Shown here: positions 38,330 through 46,990 of the stretch, one piece after another | How the letters are laid out: the number at the start of each line of letters is the position of its first letter | Numbering within the stretch: position 1 is the first letter of the stretch | IMG/VR virus record: IMGVR_UViG_3300033121_001789 | Span: 32,001 to 96,000 of that record | Direction: 5' to 3' (one strand) | Length of the DNA: 64,000 nt | From: a virus | Lineage: Duplodnaviria > Caudoviricetes | Position numbers and translations under genes: made by a program | The notes under the pieces: model-generated | Told to the model about the DNA's origin: nothing | Databases searched by the model: none | Seen by the model: only the letters and a program-made list of their open reading frames with translations

Positions 38330-38694
38330 AAATCATAACTCTCATCTAATAAATTATTAATTCTCAATTGTCTATTTACCTTACCAGTTATATCACCAAG
38401 TGATTCTATCTTTGATAGATATGCCTCATCTTTTGTATCTATCCACTTCTTTAAAATCTTATTATTTTTAAAATACCAAGAATTAAATTCATCAAAAACA
38501 ATATCTAAAGCTGAAAGAAAAGTATAATCAGCAGTTAAAGGATGTGTGTAAATTAAGACAAAAACATCCTCAGTGAGTGAAAGTTCCTCTGAAGAAAAAT
38601 CCTCATATATAATGGTGATATCTCGACCCCAGCTCAAATTCAGTGTAAATCCCAATTTGATTATCCTGTCCAGTTTTGAAACGTCCATCTTCAT
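38326..38694 (-). CDS. Hypothetical protein
   Basis: 122 aa ORF; near-terminal NRQLRINNLL. Confidence 0.55.
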   Translation of the reverse strand: MKMDVSKLDRIIKLGFTLNLSWGRDITIIYEDFSSEELSLTEDVFVLIYTHPLTADYTFLSALDIVFDEFNSWYFKNNKILKKWIDTKDEAYLSKIESLGDITGKVNRQLRINNLLDESYDF

Positions 38695-39376
38695 TTACTA
38701 TATAGTCAATTTTACGATCTCTTTGCTCTGAAATATATTCATTATACCCATACATATAGTCATCCTCAAAGATAAATATAACCTCCGGATAGAAAACCTC
38801 AAACTTTAAATCACAAGTAATTGATGTATATCCGGTAACTGATCCAGGTCTAAAAGTATCATTAAAATGTTGTATATTTGATATATCAACATTAATAGAC
38901 TTAAATGATACTATGTGATTTGACTTCCAAGTCTCAAATGGATTAACATAGACATCAATATAATCAAATTTTCCTATCGGATAAATCGTTTTACCATTCA
39001 AATTACTTAGCGAATTATGTGTGAAATGTAAAGAATCTTGTAAATCTGCTGCTATTCTAGCTCCAGAAACAATTTTCGAGTTTTTGTCTAATGTAGGTAT
39101 TAAATATAAATTATCAAATTTAGAAGGATTGTGTGATTTTCCTCTAAAATCTAAAAATCTCTTCTTACCATGATTGAAAATAGATGCAAATATCTTTTTC
39201 TCAATACACTGTGAAATTTCATCAATCAAAATTTGATTGAAATATGATTCAACATCAATATTAAAAAATTGAGAAGCTACAGGATTAGAAACTGAAACTT
39301 GTACTCTTTCGGGCATAACCCCTGATACAATTGATTTATTAAAACAAGAAAACTTAAAGTTATCACTTGATATCAT
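38603..39376 (-). CDS. Truncated, divergent paralog of the major capsid protein
   Basis: ILIDEISQCIEKKIF, IVSGARIAADL and IYPIGKFDYIDVYVNPF..WKSNHIV align with ILVNELSQTISKQIV, ITNGGLAAAL and LYPVGTIGDIQIYVDPY..YSDNRIV of 46991-48736. Confidence 0.7.
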   Translation of the reverse strand: MISSDNFKFSCFNKSIVSGVMPERVQVSVSNPVASQFFNIDVESYFNQILIDEISQCIEKKIFASIFNHGKKRFLDFRGKSHNPSKFDNLYLIPTLDKNSKIVSGARIAADLQDSLHFTHNSLSNLNGKTIYPIGKFDYIDVYVNPFETWKSNHIVSFKSINVDISNIQHFNDTFRPGSVTGYTSITCDLKFEVFYPEVIFIFEDDYMYGYNEYISEQRDRKIDYIVNEDGRFKTGQDNQIGIYTEFELGSRYHHYI

Positions 39377-39758
39377 TTATTTCATTTATTTTATTAGTTG
39401 TTGAATATCCTCCTATTTTGCTAAAAAATATAATATTCGGCACATTTTCAGATCCAATGACTTTTTTGTCCTTATAATCATCCCCTAGTATTATATAATG
39501 CGGATTCCATAATTTAATTTGATCCTCTAATTCTTTATCTGTGCCAAAACTAACAACAGAATCAACATATTTAATACTTTCCATCATTACTATTCTATCA
39601 GATAATTTATTAATAGGTCTAGATGTACCTTTAAGTTCTTTAACTCTATTGTCTTTATCAATACCAACACGAACAGTCCCATATGAGTTTGCGAATTTTA
39701 ATAACTCGATGTGTCCTCGATGTAAAATATCAAAAGTACCATTTACCCAAACTCTCAT
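39363..39758 (-). CDS. Cytidylyl/adenylyltransferase (HldE-II/TagD-like)
   Basis: NGTFDILHRGH, VGIDKD..VKELKG..RP, GDDY, YSTT. Confidence 0.9.
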   Translation of the reverse strand: MRVWVNGTFDILHRGHIELLKFANSYGTVRVGIDKDNRVKELKGTSRPINKLSDRIVMMESIKYVDSVVSFGTDKELEDQIKLWNPHYIILGDDYKDKKVIGSENVPNIIFFSKIGGYSTTNKINEINDIK

Positions 39759-40132
39759 ATTTGTGAATCTCCTTTAAAAATTCTATAAGAATCACTATCA
39801 AAATGTTGTGTTGATACTTCAAAAACAACACCATCTGTAATAGCCTCCAATTGATGTGGCTGACCTGGATATTGTCGAACAGAATCACCCACATTTAATA
39901 GAACCTCACAAATAGTAGCTTTATCTGTATCTATATAACGATAAATAAATTGACCCTCATTTACATACCAAGTCTCATCCTTTATCATATGATAATGCAT
40001 TGAAAATTTACAACCTTTTTTAAAAACAAGTAATTTCCCACAATAGAGGTTGTTATTTGCTATAATAATTTCATGTCCCCATCCCTTAGGAACCTTACAC
40101 TCATCACATTTTATAATCTTTGGTAATTCCAT
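39755..40132 (-). CDS. Cupin protein (sugar isomerase-like)
   Basis: KGWGHE, SMHYHMIKDETWYV, PGQPH, EVST.H.DSDSYR. Confidence 0.85.
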   Translation of the reverse strand: MELPKIIKCDECKVPKGWGHEIIIANNNLYCGKLLVFKKGCKFSMHYHMIKDETWYVNEGQFIYRYIDTDKATICEVLLNVGDSVRQYPGQPHQLEAITDGVVFEVSTQHFDSDSYRIFKGDSQI

Positions 40133-40135
40133 AAT

Positions 40136-41083
40136 TTATATTTTATTAAAATTTTCATCATAATTCATTATCAGTAATTCAGTTCCTTTTAATTGTTCTC
40201 CTTTTAGTTGGTGATTATTTCCACCCATCGCCGATCTGCGCACAACATCTCTTTGAATCCATCTATATTTCTCTCTTGGTAGTAATTCATCCAAAAGAGG
40301 AAAGTAATAATATGATAATGACCATTTTGATTTGGTTGTTTTAATTAATTCTATTAATCTTCTATGTGATGCCGGTCCAAAAACACCATCAGCATCAGCA
40401 CCATACCAAAATAATCTTTTAGAATCATCATCTTTTTCACCATTAAATCTAGCATATGGCGGGTCCAAATAAATATATGTACTTTCAGAATCATATTTTT
40501 TTATTAATTCCTCGAAGTCTGTACTATACCAATGTGTGATAGAATTTAATTTATCAGTATAAGTATTTTTCTTTAATTTATTAATTAATACACTTAATTT
40601 AAGTTTATCTTGTTTTTTAATATACCCGGAGAATCCGCCACCCCTAGGATAAACTGAGGAAAAACTCGAAGTTATTAAAAAAGCATATATAGCTGCCCTT
40701 TCAAAGTCTCCTAATTCGAAATCCTTATTATCAAGAAAATCATTTTTTGTATATTCCCTATAAACAGATTTATAAAAATCCCATTTCAAATTTACATCTG
40801 TTTCATTAGTATATAAAATTCCCCCAGTAGACAATAATTTATTAATTGAATCTAATAATTTATCTGGTGTAGCGGCGCACTTATATAAGTTTGCTTGATG
40901 TTTATTAATATCATTAAAAATTACATTTTCAAAAACCATATCAGGATCATCCATAAATGTTGCAAAACTACCTGAAAATGGCTCAATATATGTTTTGATA
41001 TTATTCTTTGGGATGTTTGGATTTATAAGATGTTTGACAAAGTCATTAGAAGATTTAGATCCGAAGTAAGATATTAAAGACAT
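40136..41083 (-). CDS. Dam-like (D12 class) DNA adenine methyltransferase
   Basis: YFGSK, YIEPFSGS, NDIN, YLDPPY, ELLIMNY. Confidence 0.88.
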   Translation of the reverse strand: MSLISYFGSKSSNDFVKHLINPNIPKNNIKTYIEPFSGSFATFMDDPDMVFENVIFNDINKHQANLYKCAATPDKLLDSINKLLSTGGILYTNETDVNLKWDFYKSVYREYTKNDFLDNKDFELGDFERAAIYAFLITSSFSSVYPRGGGFSGYIKKQDKLKLSVLINKLKKNTYTDKLNSITHWYSTDFEELIKKYDSESTYIYLDPPYARFNGEKDDDSKRLFWYGADADGVFGPASHRRLIELIKTTKSKWSLSYYYFPLLDELLPREKYRWIQRDVVRRSAMGGNNHQLKGEQLKGTELLIMNYDENFNKI

Positions 41084-41166
41084 AATTAAAGTTTAGAAAT
41101 TATAGATTAAAAAATAAATATGTTTAGGTAATCAATGGGAAGACAAATTGATTTAATATATAAAAT

Positions 41167-41826
41167 ATGATAATTTATAAAATAACAAATTTAATTAATA
41201 ACAAAGTATATATAGGACAAACAACCGAAAGTCTTCAAAAAAGATGGAAAAGACATACATCCGAATACCATGAAAAAAATATGTATATATCAAGAACAAT
41301 ATCTAAATATGGCGAAAAAAATTTTATTATAGAAAAGATATGTGAATGTTATTCTTTACAAGAATTAAATGAAAAAGAAATTTTTTATATAAATGAATAT
41401 GATTCTCTATCACCGAATGGGTACAATCTTGTTGTAGGTGGTAATAATAGTAAAATGAGCGATGAAACAAAATTAAAAATATCCAATAGCCACAAAAAAA
41501 GATATCTAGATGGTAAAGTTATCTCTGAAGAAACTAGGAAAAAATTGTCAGAATCACATAAAGGATGGATTCCATCAGAAGAAACTCGTCAAAAATGGAG
41601 AGATGCCTTCTCTGGAAAAAAACCATCCGAGAAAACAAGAATCGGTGCCATATCACATCATCAAAAAACATATACCTTTGAAAGTCCAGATGGTGAAATA
41701 ATTACTTTTACAAATATGAAAGATTTTTGTAAAAAAAATAATTTATGCAATTCTAAATTATGTTTGGTCGCATCTGGTAAAAGAAACCACCATAAAGGAT
41801 GGAAATTACACAAATCACATTTGTAA
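41167..41826 (+). CDS. GIY-YIG homing endonuclease with NUMOD3 repeats
   Basis: IIYKITNLINNKVYIGQT...R; SEETRKKLSESHKG repeats. Confidence 0.9.
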   Translation: MIIYKITNLINNKVYIGQTTESLQKRWKRHTSEYHEKNMYISRTISKYGEKNFIIEKICECYSLQELNEKEIFYINEYDSLSPNGYNLVVGGNNSKMSDETKLKISNSHKKRYLDGKVISEETRKKLSESHKGWIPSEETRQKWRDAFSGKKPSEKTRIGAISHHQKTYTFESPDGEIITFTNMKDFCKKNNLCNSKLCLVASGKRNHHKGWKLHKSHL

Positions 41827-42288
41827 TTTTTTAATATCATTACGAATCCTCATTAGAAGATTACCTAAGTTGTTTTCTCCTTTATTATTACACTTATTAC
41901 AAGTGCAAACTCCCCACCAGGTATCGTGCCAATAATTTCCCTCAATTAACATCTCATCTCCTGTCTGCAATAATAGTTCTTGTAGGTTTTTAATCTTGAA
42001 TTTTTCTCTTAATCCAAATTCCATAACCTTTAGACGAATTGAGTCCCAATCTGGTCTTAATTTAAAACCTCTACCCATTCTTTTAACCTGACCCGGAGTT
42101 AGAACTTTCGATACTAATTGTCGAGTATCTTCAAGTGTATAAAATTGACCATCAATTATTTGTCCTTCTTTTATTTTCATAGCAACATAATAATGTTCCA
42201 CAGATGGATAAACAATACCCTGATAAGTTATCTCACAAGGATAAAAATTTGATAAAAAAAACCATCGACCTTTAAATGAATCTATCAT
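41815..42288 (-). CDS. NADAR (YbiA-like) family protein
   Basis: FLSNFY, SVEHYY.A.K, W...R..VM...L..KF, LL.TGD..LIEGNYWHDTWWG, GENNLG.LLM.IR. Confidence 0.92.
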   Translation of the reverse strand: MIDSFKGRWFFLSNFYPCEITYQGIVYPSVEHYYVAMKIKEGQIIDGQFYTLEDTRQLVSKVLTPGQVKRMGRGFKLRPDWDSIRLKVMEFGLREKFKIKNLQELLLQTGDEMLIEGNYWHDTWWGVCTCNKCNNKGENNLGNLLMRIRNDIKKLQM

Positions 42289-42334
42289 AATAATTTTATA
42301 TCTTTAATTAATAATAATGTTTAATATATAATTA

Positions 42335-43495
42335 ATGACAAAAGAAGAATTCAAAAATATATTCATAGAATTAACAAACTACACAATTCCATTTGGAAAA
42401 GAAAAATTATTAGAAAAACATCTACCAAAGGGATTTAAGAAAGATAATATTGGAAATTACTACTATGAAATAGGAAATTCTGAAACATTATTTACATCAC
42501 ATTTAGATACATTTTCAAAAAAATACGAAAAGGTTAATCATGTAATTGACGAAGATGATCCATATATTATATCCACAGACGGTAAAACTATCTTAGGTGG
42601 GGATAATAAATTAGGATGTACTATTTTGTTTGGCATGATTAAAAATTCTATACCAGGAACTTATTACTTTTTTCTTGGAGAAGAGCCAATTTTAAGTGGT
42701 GGATTATGGGGTTCAAGAAATGCATTAGAAAGTAATTTTGAATATTTCAAAAAATTTAAAAGATGTATCGCATTCGATAGAAAGCAGTATGGATCAATTG
42801 TTGTTCGTCAAATGGGTCGTATGTGTTGTTCTAAAGAATTCGCTAGTGAAATTGCCAAACAATTAAAAATTGGTGGAATTAATTGGGACGAATCTGTTGG
42901 ATTTGGATATTATACAGATACCGCCGTTTTCATGGATGTAATACCAGAATGTACAAACATATCAGCAGGTGGATTTAATGAACATTATAAGAGTGAATGG
43001 GTCGATCTAAATTATACATATAATGTTTATAAGTCAGCATTAAAAATTAAATGGGAGGAACTACCGACTAATAGAAAGTTAGAAGTTAGATTTTCAGATG
43101 AGGAAAAAGAAACAATAAATAAAGACTTCAAGAAATTTCAACAAATAAAGATATATAAAGAAATAGAATCTATGACAGAATTAGTAGATCTATCCAAAAC
43201 GAGAGACATATCTAAAAATGGAGAAAGATATTTAACATTCTCAAAATGGCTTGAAGATTATGACTTGGATATAACTTTGTCAAATAGTAAAATTATTATA
43301 AATGGTAAAGAATTATCAATGAATCAGTTAAAAAGATTAATTCTTACAGAATTCAGGGAAGATATACTCGATCAAATAAAGTATTATATAGAAATGAAAG
43401 AAAAAAAGGAATTAGATAAGATACTTTATATCTTTGGATTCAAAACAATACCAGAAATAATTAAATTTCTTAAAACAAAAAAAAGAGGAAAATAA
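42335..43495 (+). CDS. M28/M20-like zinc peptidase, paralog 2
   Basis: SHLDT, GGDNKLG, GEE, FDRK, YTD, TNISAGGFNEH. Confidence 0.83.
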   Translation: MTKEEFKNIFIELTNYTIPFGKEKLLEKHLPKGFKKDNIGNYYYEIGNSETLFTSHLDTFSKKYEKVNHVIDEDDPYIISTDGKTILGGDNKLGCTILFGMIKNSIPGTYYFFLGEEPILSGGLWGSRNALESNFEYFKKFKRCIAFDRKQYGSIVVRQMGRMCCSKEFASEIAKQLKIGGINWDESVGFGYYTDTAVFMDVIPECTNISAGGFNEHYKSEWVDLNYTYNVYKSALKIKWEELPTNRKLEVRFSDEEKETINKDFKKFQQIKIYKEIESMTELVDLSKTRDISKNGERYLTFSKWLEDYDLDITLSNSKIIINGKELSMNQLKRLILTEFREDILDQIKYYIEMKEKKELDKILYIFGFKTIPEIIKFLKTKKRGK

Positions 43496-43508
43496 TTTCC
43501 TCTTTTTT
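43479..43508. terminator. Bidirectional intrinsic terminator
   Basis: AAAAAAGAGGAAA-ATAA-TTTCCTCTTTTTT between the peptidase and the tmRNA. Confidence 0.75.
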
Positions 43509-43516
43509 GATAAACC

Positions 43517-43562
43517 GTTCAGATATTTACCCTGTTTAAAACTGTTCAGATATTTACCCTGT
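43517..43562. repeat. 19-bp direct repeat GTTCAGATATTTACCCTGT, two copies, period 27
   Basis: Copies at 43517-43535 and 43544-43562, just 3' of the tmRNA. Confidence 0.85.
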
Positions 43563-43573
43563 CTATCGTTTGG

Positions 43574-43941
43574 TGGTGGAGGCGGAGGGTTCGAATCCTC
43601 GTCTTCCTCAGTTAGATACAACCAATCATTTACAAGCTTAGTTAATTTTTCTAAACTAACAAAATAATAAATTTTTTCGACTCAAAAAATATTTATAAAA
43701 AACTATCACGATTTTTATCTGTTGGATTCAGAGGTAAATTTCTTGAAATATCAATTAAGCCATTTCAAACTCATTCACCATGAGTAAGTTGTTTTGTAGG
43801 GCAGCTACTAAATCTTCACTGGTTCCCACTTCGTTTGTTTTGCCGATTACGACATTCGCCATTTAATTTTTAATCGGTTATATGACAATCCGATACTTGC
43901 TCAATTACACCTAGGACCGCGAATCAATACATTACGCCCCC
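43574..43941 (-). ncRNA. ssrA: tmRNA (368 nt); predicted tag (A)GKTNEVGTSEDLVAALQNNLLMVNEFEMA at 43844-43755
   Basis: 5' GGGGGCG pairs with CGCCUCC-ACCA (G3.U Ala identity); GAC then T-arm GAGGA-UUCGAA-CCCUC; resume context GUAAUC-GGC. Confidence 0.9.
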
Positions 43942-43992
43942 ATATTTCTACAAAGATACAATTATATATTAAATTATCAAAATGTTTTTTTT

Positions 43993-45792
43993 CTAAAATG
44001 GAGCAGAATCATCAAATTTATCCACAAGTGAGTATCTATCATCATCCTCATCGTCGTCATCAGAATAATCTTCCTCAGCATCTTCCCAAGTAAATGAAAA
44101 TTTCAATATTGGGAAACCATCCTTACTTTCATACAACTCCACCTCAACATTATACTTTGAAAGTAATTCTTCTTTAACACGACCAACAACATCAAATGCT
44201 TTTAAAAGTGTTGAAATTTTCTCTCGGTGTTTTAAAAATGTATAAACATTCAAATCATATTCTTCAGATGTTACATTAACATCTAATCCATTAGAAACAA
44301 ACATTTGTTCAACCCAATAACATAATTCCTCAATATCATCTTTAAATCCACCTGATTCCTCCAAAGAATGTAATGATTCATATGTAGTATCATCATCAAC
44401 ACCATAATAGTCATGATATTTTTTAAAAACAGGATCAACTGTTAATTCAATCTTAATTATACTATCATCAAATGTGAGTGTCGGATCCATACTATGTATA
44501 TTAAACATCTCACTTAAATTTAAAAAATCATCCTGTACTAATTCTACATCGGATTCGTCCATATCTATTTTAAGAAATTCTATTCCATAAGATGACATCA
44601 ATTTTATATCTAAATTAAAAGCACATGACCGAAAATCATTTAAAAAATCCTTAAAATAATGTAAAAATAAATCACTAAATCCAATCTTTCTCTTAACTGT
44701 TAAATTCTCCCAATCAACCCCAACAGAAGCTTTTGCGAGCCTTTCAAGGAAAGAAATATTCTGAGATTCTCTATTTGTATGTTCATCAAAATATCCAACA
44801 GATATATTTGTACACTCTGGTATTTGGTCAATAAAAGATGCAGAGTCGGTATAAATTCCAGTATCGTCCAAATTAAATTTCATTCCATTTTTAGAATATT
44901 CAGCCGCTAATGAATGTGCAAATTCATCTGAACAACATTCTGCAAACATTTGTGATGTAATAATTGAATAATAATTTCTCCTATCAAATGATACGCATTT
45001 TTTCAATCCTTTAAGATGCTCAAATGATTCAAATTCTTTTGAGACTTTACCAGATCCAATTCCACCTCTTTCTTCACCAATAAAGAAATAATAAACACCA
45101 GGTACATTATGAGCAATCATGTACAATAGTACAGTAACTCCTGATTTATCATCGGCTCCTAAGATAGTTGTACCATCGCTAACAATATGCTCTTGTCCAT
45201 CTATCATTCTGCTATATAAAACCACATTTGTTTGCTTCCTATCTGCGGTATCAAGGTGACAAGTAAACATAGTTGTTGATTTACCTACTATTTTATAATA
45301 GTTTCCAAATTTATCTTTTGTTAGACCTATCTGTGATATCAAAGGATAAACATCATCTTCTTGTGGATGTGGATATGTTTTAGTCACCAATGATATGAAA
45401 GTATCTCGAACATTTTTAGGATTAAACTTAAATTCTGGAACCACAATTAACGTTGAATTACCAAAAGACTTGATTGGTTTTTTTTGTTTTTTTGCCTTTA
45501 ATGTATTATACTTGATTGTAAATTTTTTGATCTCATCTTCAGTAAATTGATCAGGAAAAAATTTACGAATCATATATCCAACTTTTATCGGATTATACTT
45601 CCCACCTATTTTAGCATTAAATGACCAATCATGTCTCGACATATCTAATTGCTCAATTCCCAAAGTGTCTGCGGCAATTGAAATATCATTCTCAACTCTC
45701 ATAAGTTTATCTGATATCTTATCCTCTATATCATCAAAAATATCATACAAATCATCAGTATATTTTATGGGCATTGGTCTATTCTTAATCAT
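43993..45792 (-). CDS. M28/M20-like zinc peptidase, paralog 3, with N- and C-terminal extensions
   Basis: CHLDT, GADDKSG, GEE, FDRR, YTDSA, TNISVGYFDEH; acidic tail. Confidence 0.85.
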   Translation of the reverse strand: MIKNRPMPIKYTDDLYDIFDDIEDKISDKLMRVENDISIAADTLGIEQLDMSRHDWSFNAKIGGKYNPIKVGYMIRKFFPDQFTEDEIKKFTIKYNTLKAKKQKKPIKSFGNSTLIVVPEFKFNPKNVRDTFISLVTKTYPHPQEDDVYPLISQIGLTKDKFGNYYKIVGKSTTMFTCHLDTADRKQTNVVLYSRMIDGQEHIVSDGTTILGADDKSGVTVLLYMIAHNVPGVYYFFIGEERGGIGSGKVSKEFESFEHLKGLKKCVSFDRRNYYSIITSQMFAECCSDEFAHSLAAEYSKNGMKFNLDDTGIYTDSASFIDQIPECTNISVGYFDEHTNRESQNISFLERLAKASVGVDWENLTVKRKIGFSDLFLHYFKDFLNDFRSCAFNLDIKLMSSYGIEFLKIDMDESDVELVQDDFLNLSEMFNIHSMDPTLTFDDSIIKIELTVDPVFKKYHDYYGVDDDTTYESLHSLEESGGFKDDIEELCYWVEQMFVSNGLDVNVTSEEYDLNVYTFLKHREKISTLLKAFDVVGRVKEELLSKYNVEVELYESKDGFPILKFSFTWEDAEEDYSDDDDEDDDRYSLVDKFDDSAPF

Positions 45793-45802
45793 TTCTTATA
45801 TA

Positions 45803-46189
45803 TTAAATATTAATATTAATTTCTTCAGCGTTCTTATAATCAACTTTTACCTGTCCAATATTCATTTCTGGTAATTTCTTAACGAATTTTGACTTACAAC
45901 AAATAACTATACAATTTCCAGTAACTTTTGAATTTTTAGCAACAATTTCAGCTGCTTTATGTTTCACCTCTTTTGTTATCAATCTATCTTTTTGTCTAAT
46001 AATAGCATGACACCCTGGTTTTCCCTTAACATGGAACCATAAATCCTCAGGATCTGCCATAATTGTTGTTAAATAATCATTTGATTTCCCATCCCTACCA
46101 AAAATTAGTGTATAATCATCTATAATTATCGTTCTTAAATTTGGAAATTTATCCTTGGACTCGTTAAAAGAAATAAAATTCTTTATCAT
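45803..46189 (-). CDS. Stand-alone NFACT-R (DUF814; RqcH/FbpA RNA-binding domain) protein
   Basis: GRDGKSNDYLT...DLWFHVKGKPGCHAII...AAEIVA.NSK...VKK....GQV. Confidence 0.85.
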   Translation of the reverse strand: MIKNFISFNESKDKFPNLRTIIIDDYTLIFGRDGKSNDYLTTIMADPEDLWFHVKGKPGCHAIIRQKDRLITKEVKHKAAEIVAKNSKVTGNCIVICCKSKFVKKLPEMNIGQVKVDYKNAEEININI

Positions 46190-46215
46190 ATAAATTATAT
46201 ATTAATTTTTAGCAA

Positions 46216-46249
46216 TAAAAAAAGAGGCTATAATTAGCCTCTTTTTTTA
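46216..46249. terminator. Intrinsic terminator
   Basis: TAAAAAAAGAGGCTA-TAAT-TAGCCTCTTTTTTTA. Confidence 0.8.
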
Positions 46250-46265
46250 TTTAAAAACAATTAAA

Positions 46266-46886
46266 TTATACTGTAAATCCAACCGTATCAACCGTTCCAA
46301 ATCCACCACTAGATAAACTAACTAAATATGTTGTAGAACCTCCGGAAAAAGAAGCTCCTTGTGAAAATGTAAAAGAACCTAACCCAGCTTGTTTATCAAC
46401 AGTAACAGAATATCCATTGTAATATACACCGGATGGAGCTGAAAATACTAATGAATTTCCACTTATAGCTGCTGAAAAACCAGAACTACCAAATGACATT
46501 GTAGCCAATAAAGTTGTCAAAGCTGCAGAAGTACTCTGTGTAGCTGAGAATGTATATCCACCAGCACCAAAGACTTTAACAGATCCAGGTAGTGTAAATC
46601 CAACATTTGTATTTACAGATGCAGTTCCACTAAATGTAATAGTAGCAGTTGATGCAACAGTTGAATTTGACGTTGATTGAGTGGAAGCATCTAACATTGA
46701 TGAAAATGTAAATGTAGAATTATATGTTCCAATAGCACTTAAAGATACTGTTAATGTAGATGTAGTTCCTCCGGTTATGGAGAAGCTTGATTGTCCTCTT
46801 AATCTAAGAGCTGTTATATCTAGGGTAACTATATCTGTTGTATAGCTATAAGTTGCCGAATTAATTTTTAAATATGGTCTTGACAT
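46266..46886 (-). CDS. Ser/Thr/Gly-rich beta-strand protein, candidate capsid decoration protein
   Basis: Composition and position directly downstream of the MCP gene. Confidence 0.55.
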   Translation of the reverse strand: MSRPYLKINSATYSYTTDIVTLDITALRLRGQSSFSITGGTTSTLTVSLSAIGTYNSTFTFSSMLDASTQSTSNSTVASTATITFSGTASVNTNVGFTLPGSVKVFGAGGYTFSATQSTSAALTTLLATMSFGSSGFSAAISGNSLVFSAPSGVYYNGYSVTVDKQAGLGSFTFSQGASFSGGSTTYLVSLSSGGFGTVDTVGFTV

Positions 46887-46940
46887 TTCTTTTAATTATT
46901 TTCTTTTATATATTATATTTTAAAAGTCATTTTTTGTAAA

Positions 46941-46978
46941 AATTAAAAAACCTTCCAATAATGGAAGGTTTTTTAATT
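46941..46978 (-). terminator. Terminator after the major capsid gene
   Basis: AATTAAAAAACCTTCCA-ATAA-TGGAAGGTTTTTTAATT. Confidence 0.85.
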
Positions 46979-46990
46979 TAATTAATACTA

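Noticed and set aside
43517-43562. Mini-CRISPR
   Set aside because: Only two 19-bp copies separated by 8 nt; no cas genes.
43574-43610. Stand-alone tRNA
   Set aside because: T-arm and acceptor pair with a 5' end 368 nt away and no anticodon arm is present; this is a tmRNA.
43412-43621. 69 aa ORF with a poly-Pro run
   Set aside because: Overlaps the tmRNA 3' end, repeat and terminator; the Pro run comes from CCT-CCG-CCT-CCA-CCA-CCA of the acceptor stem.
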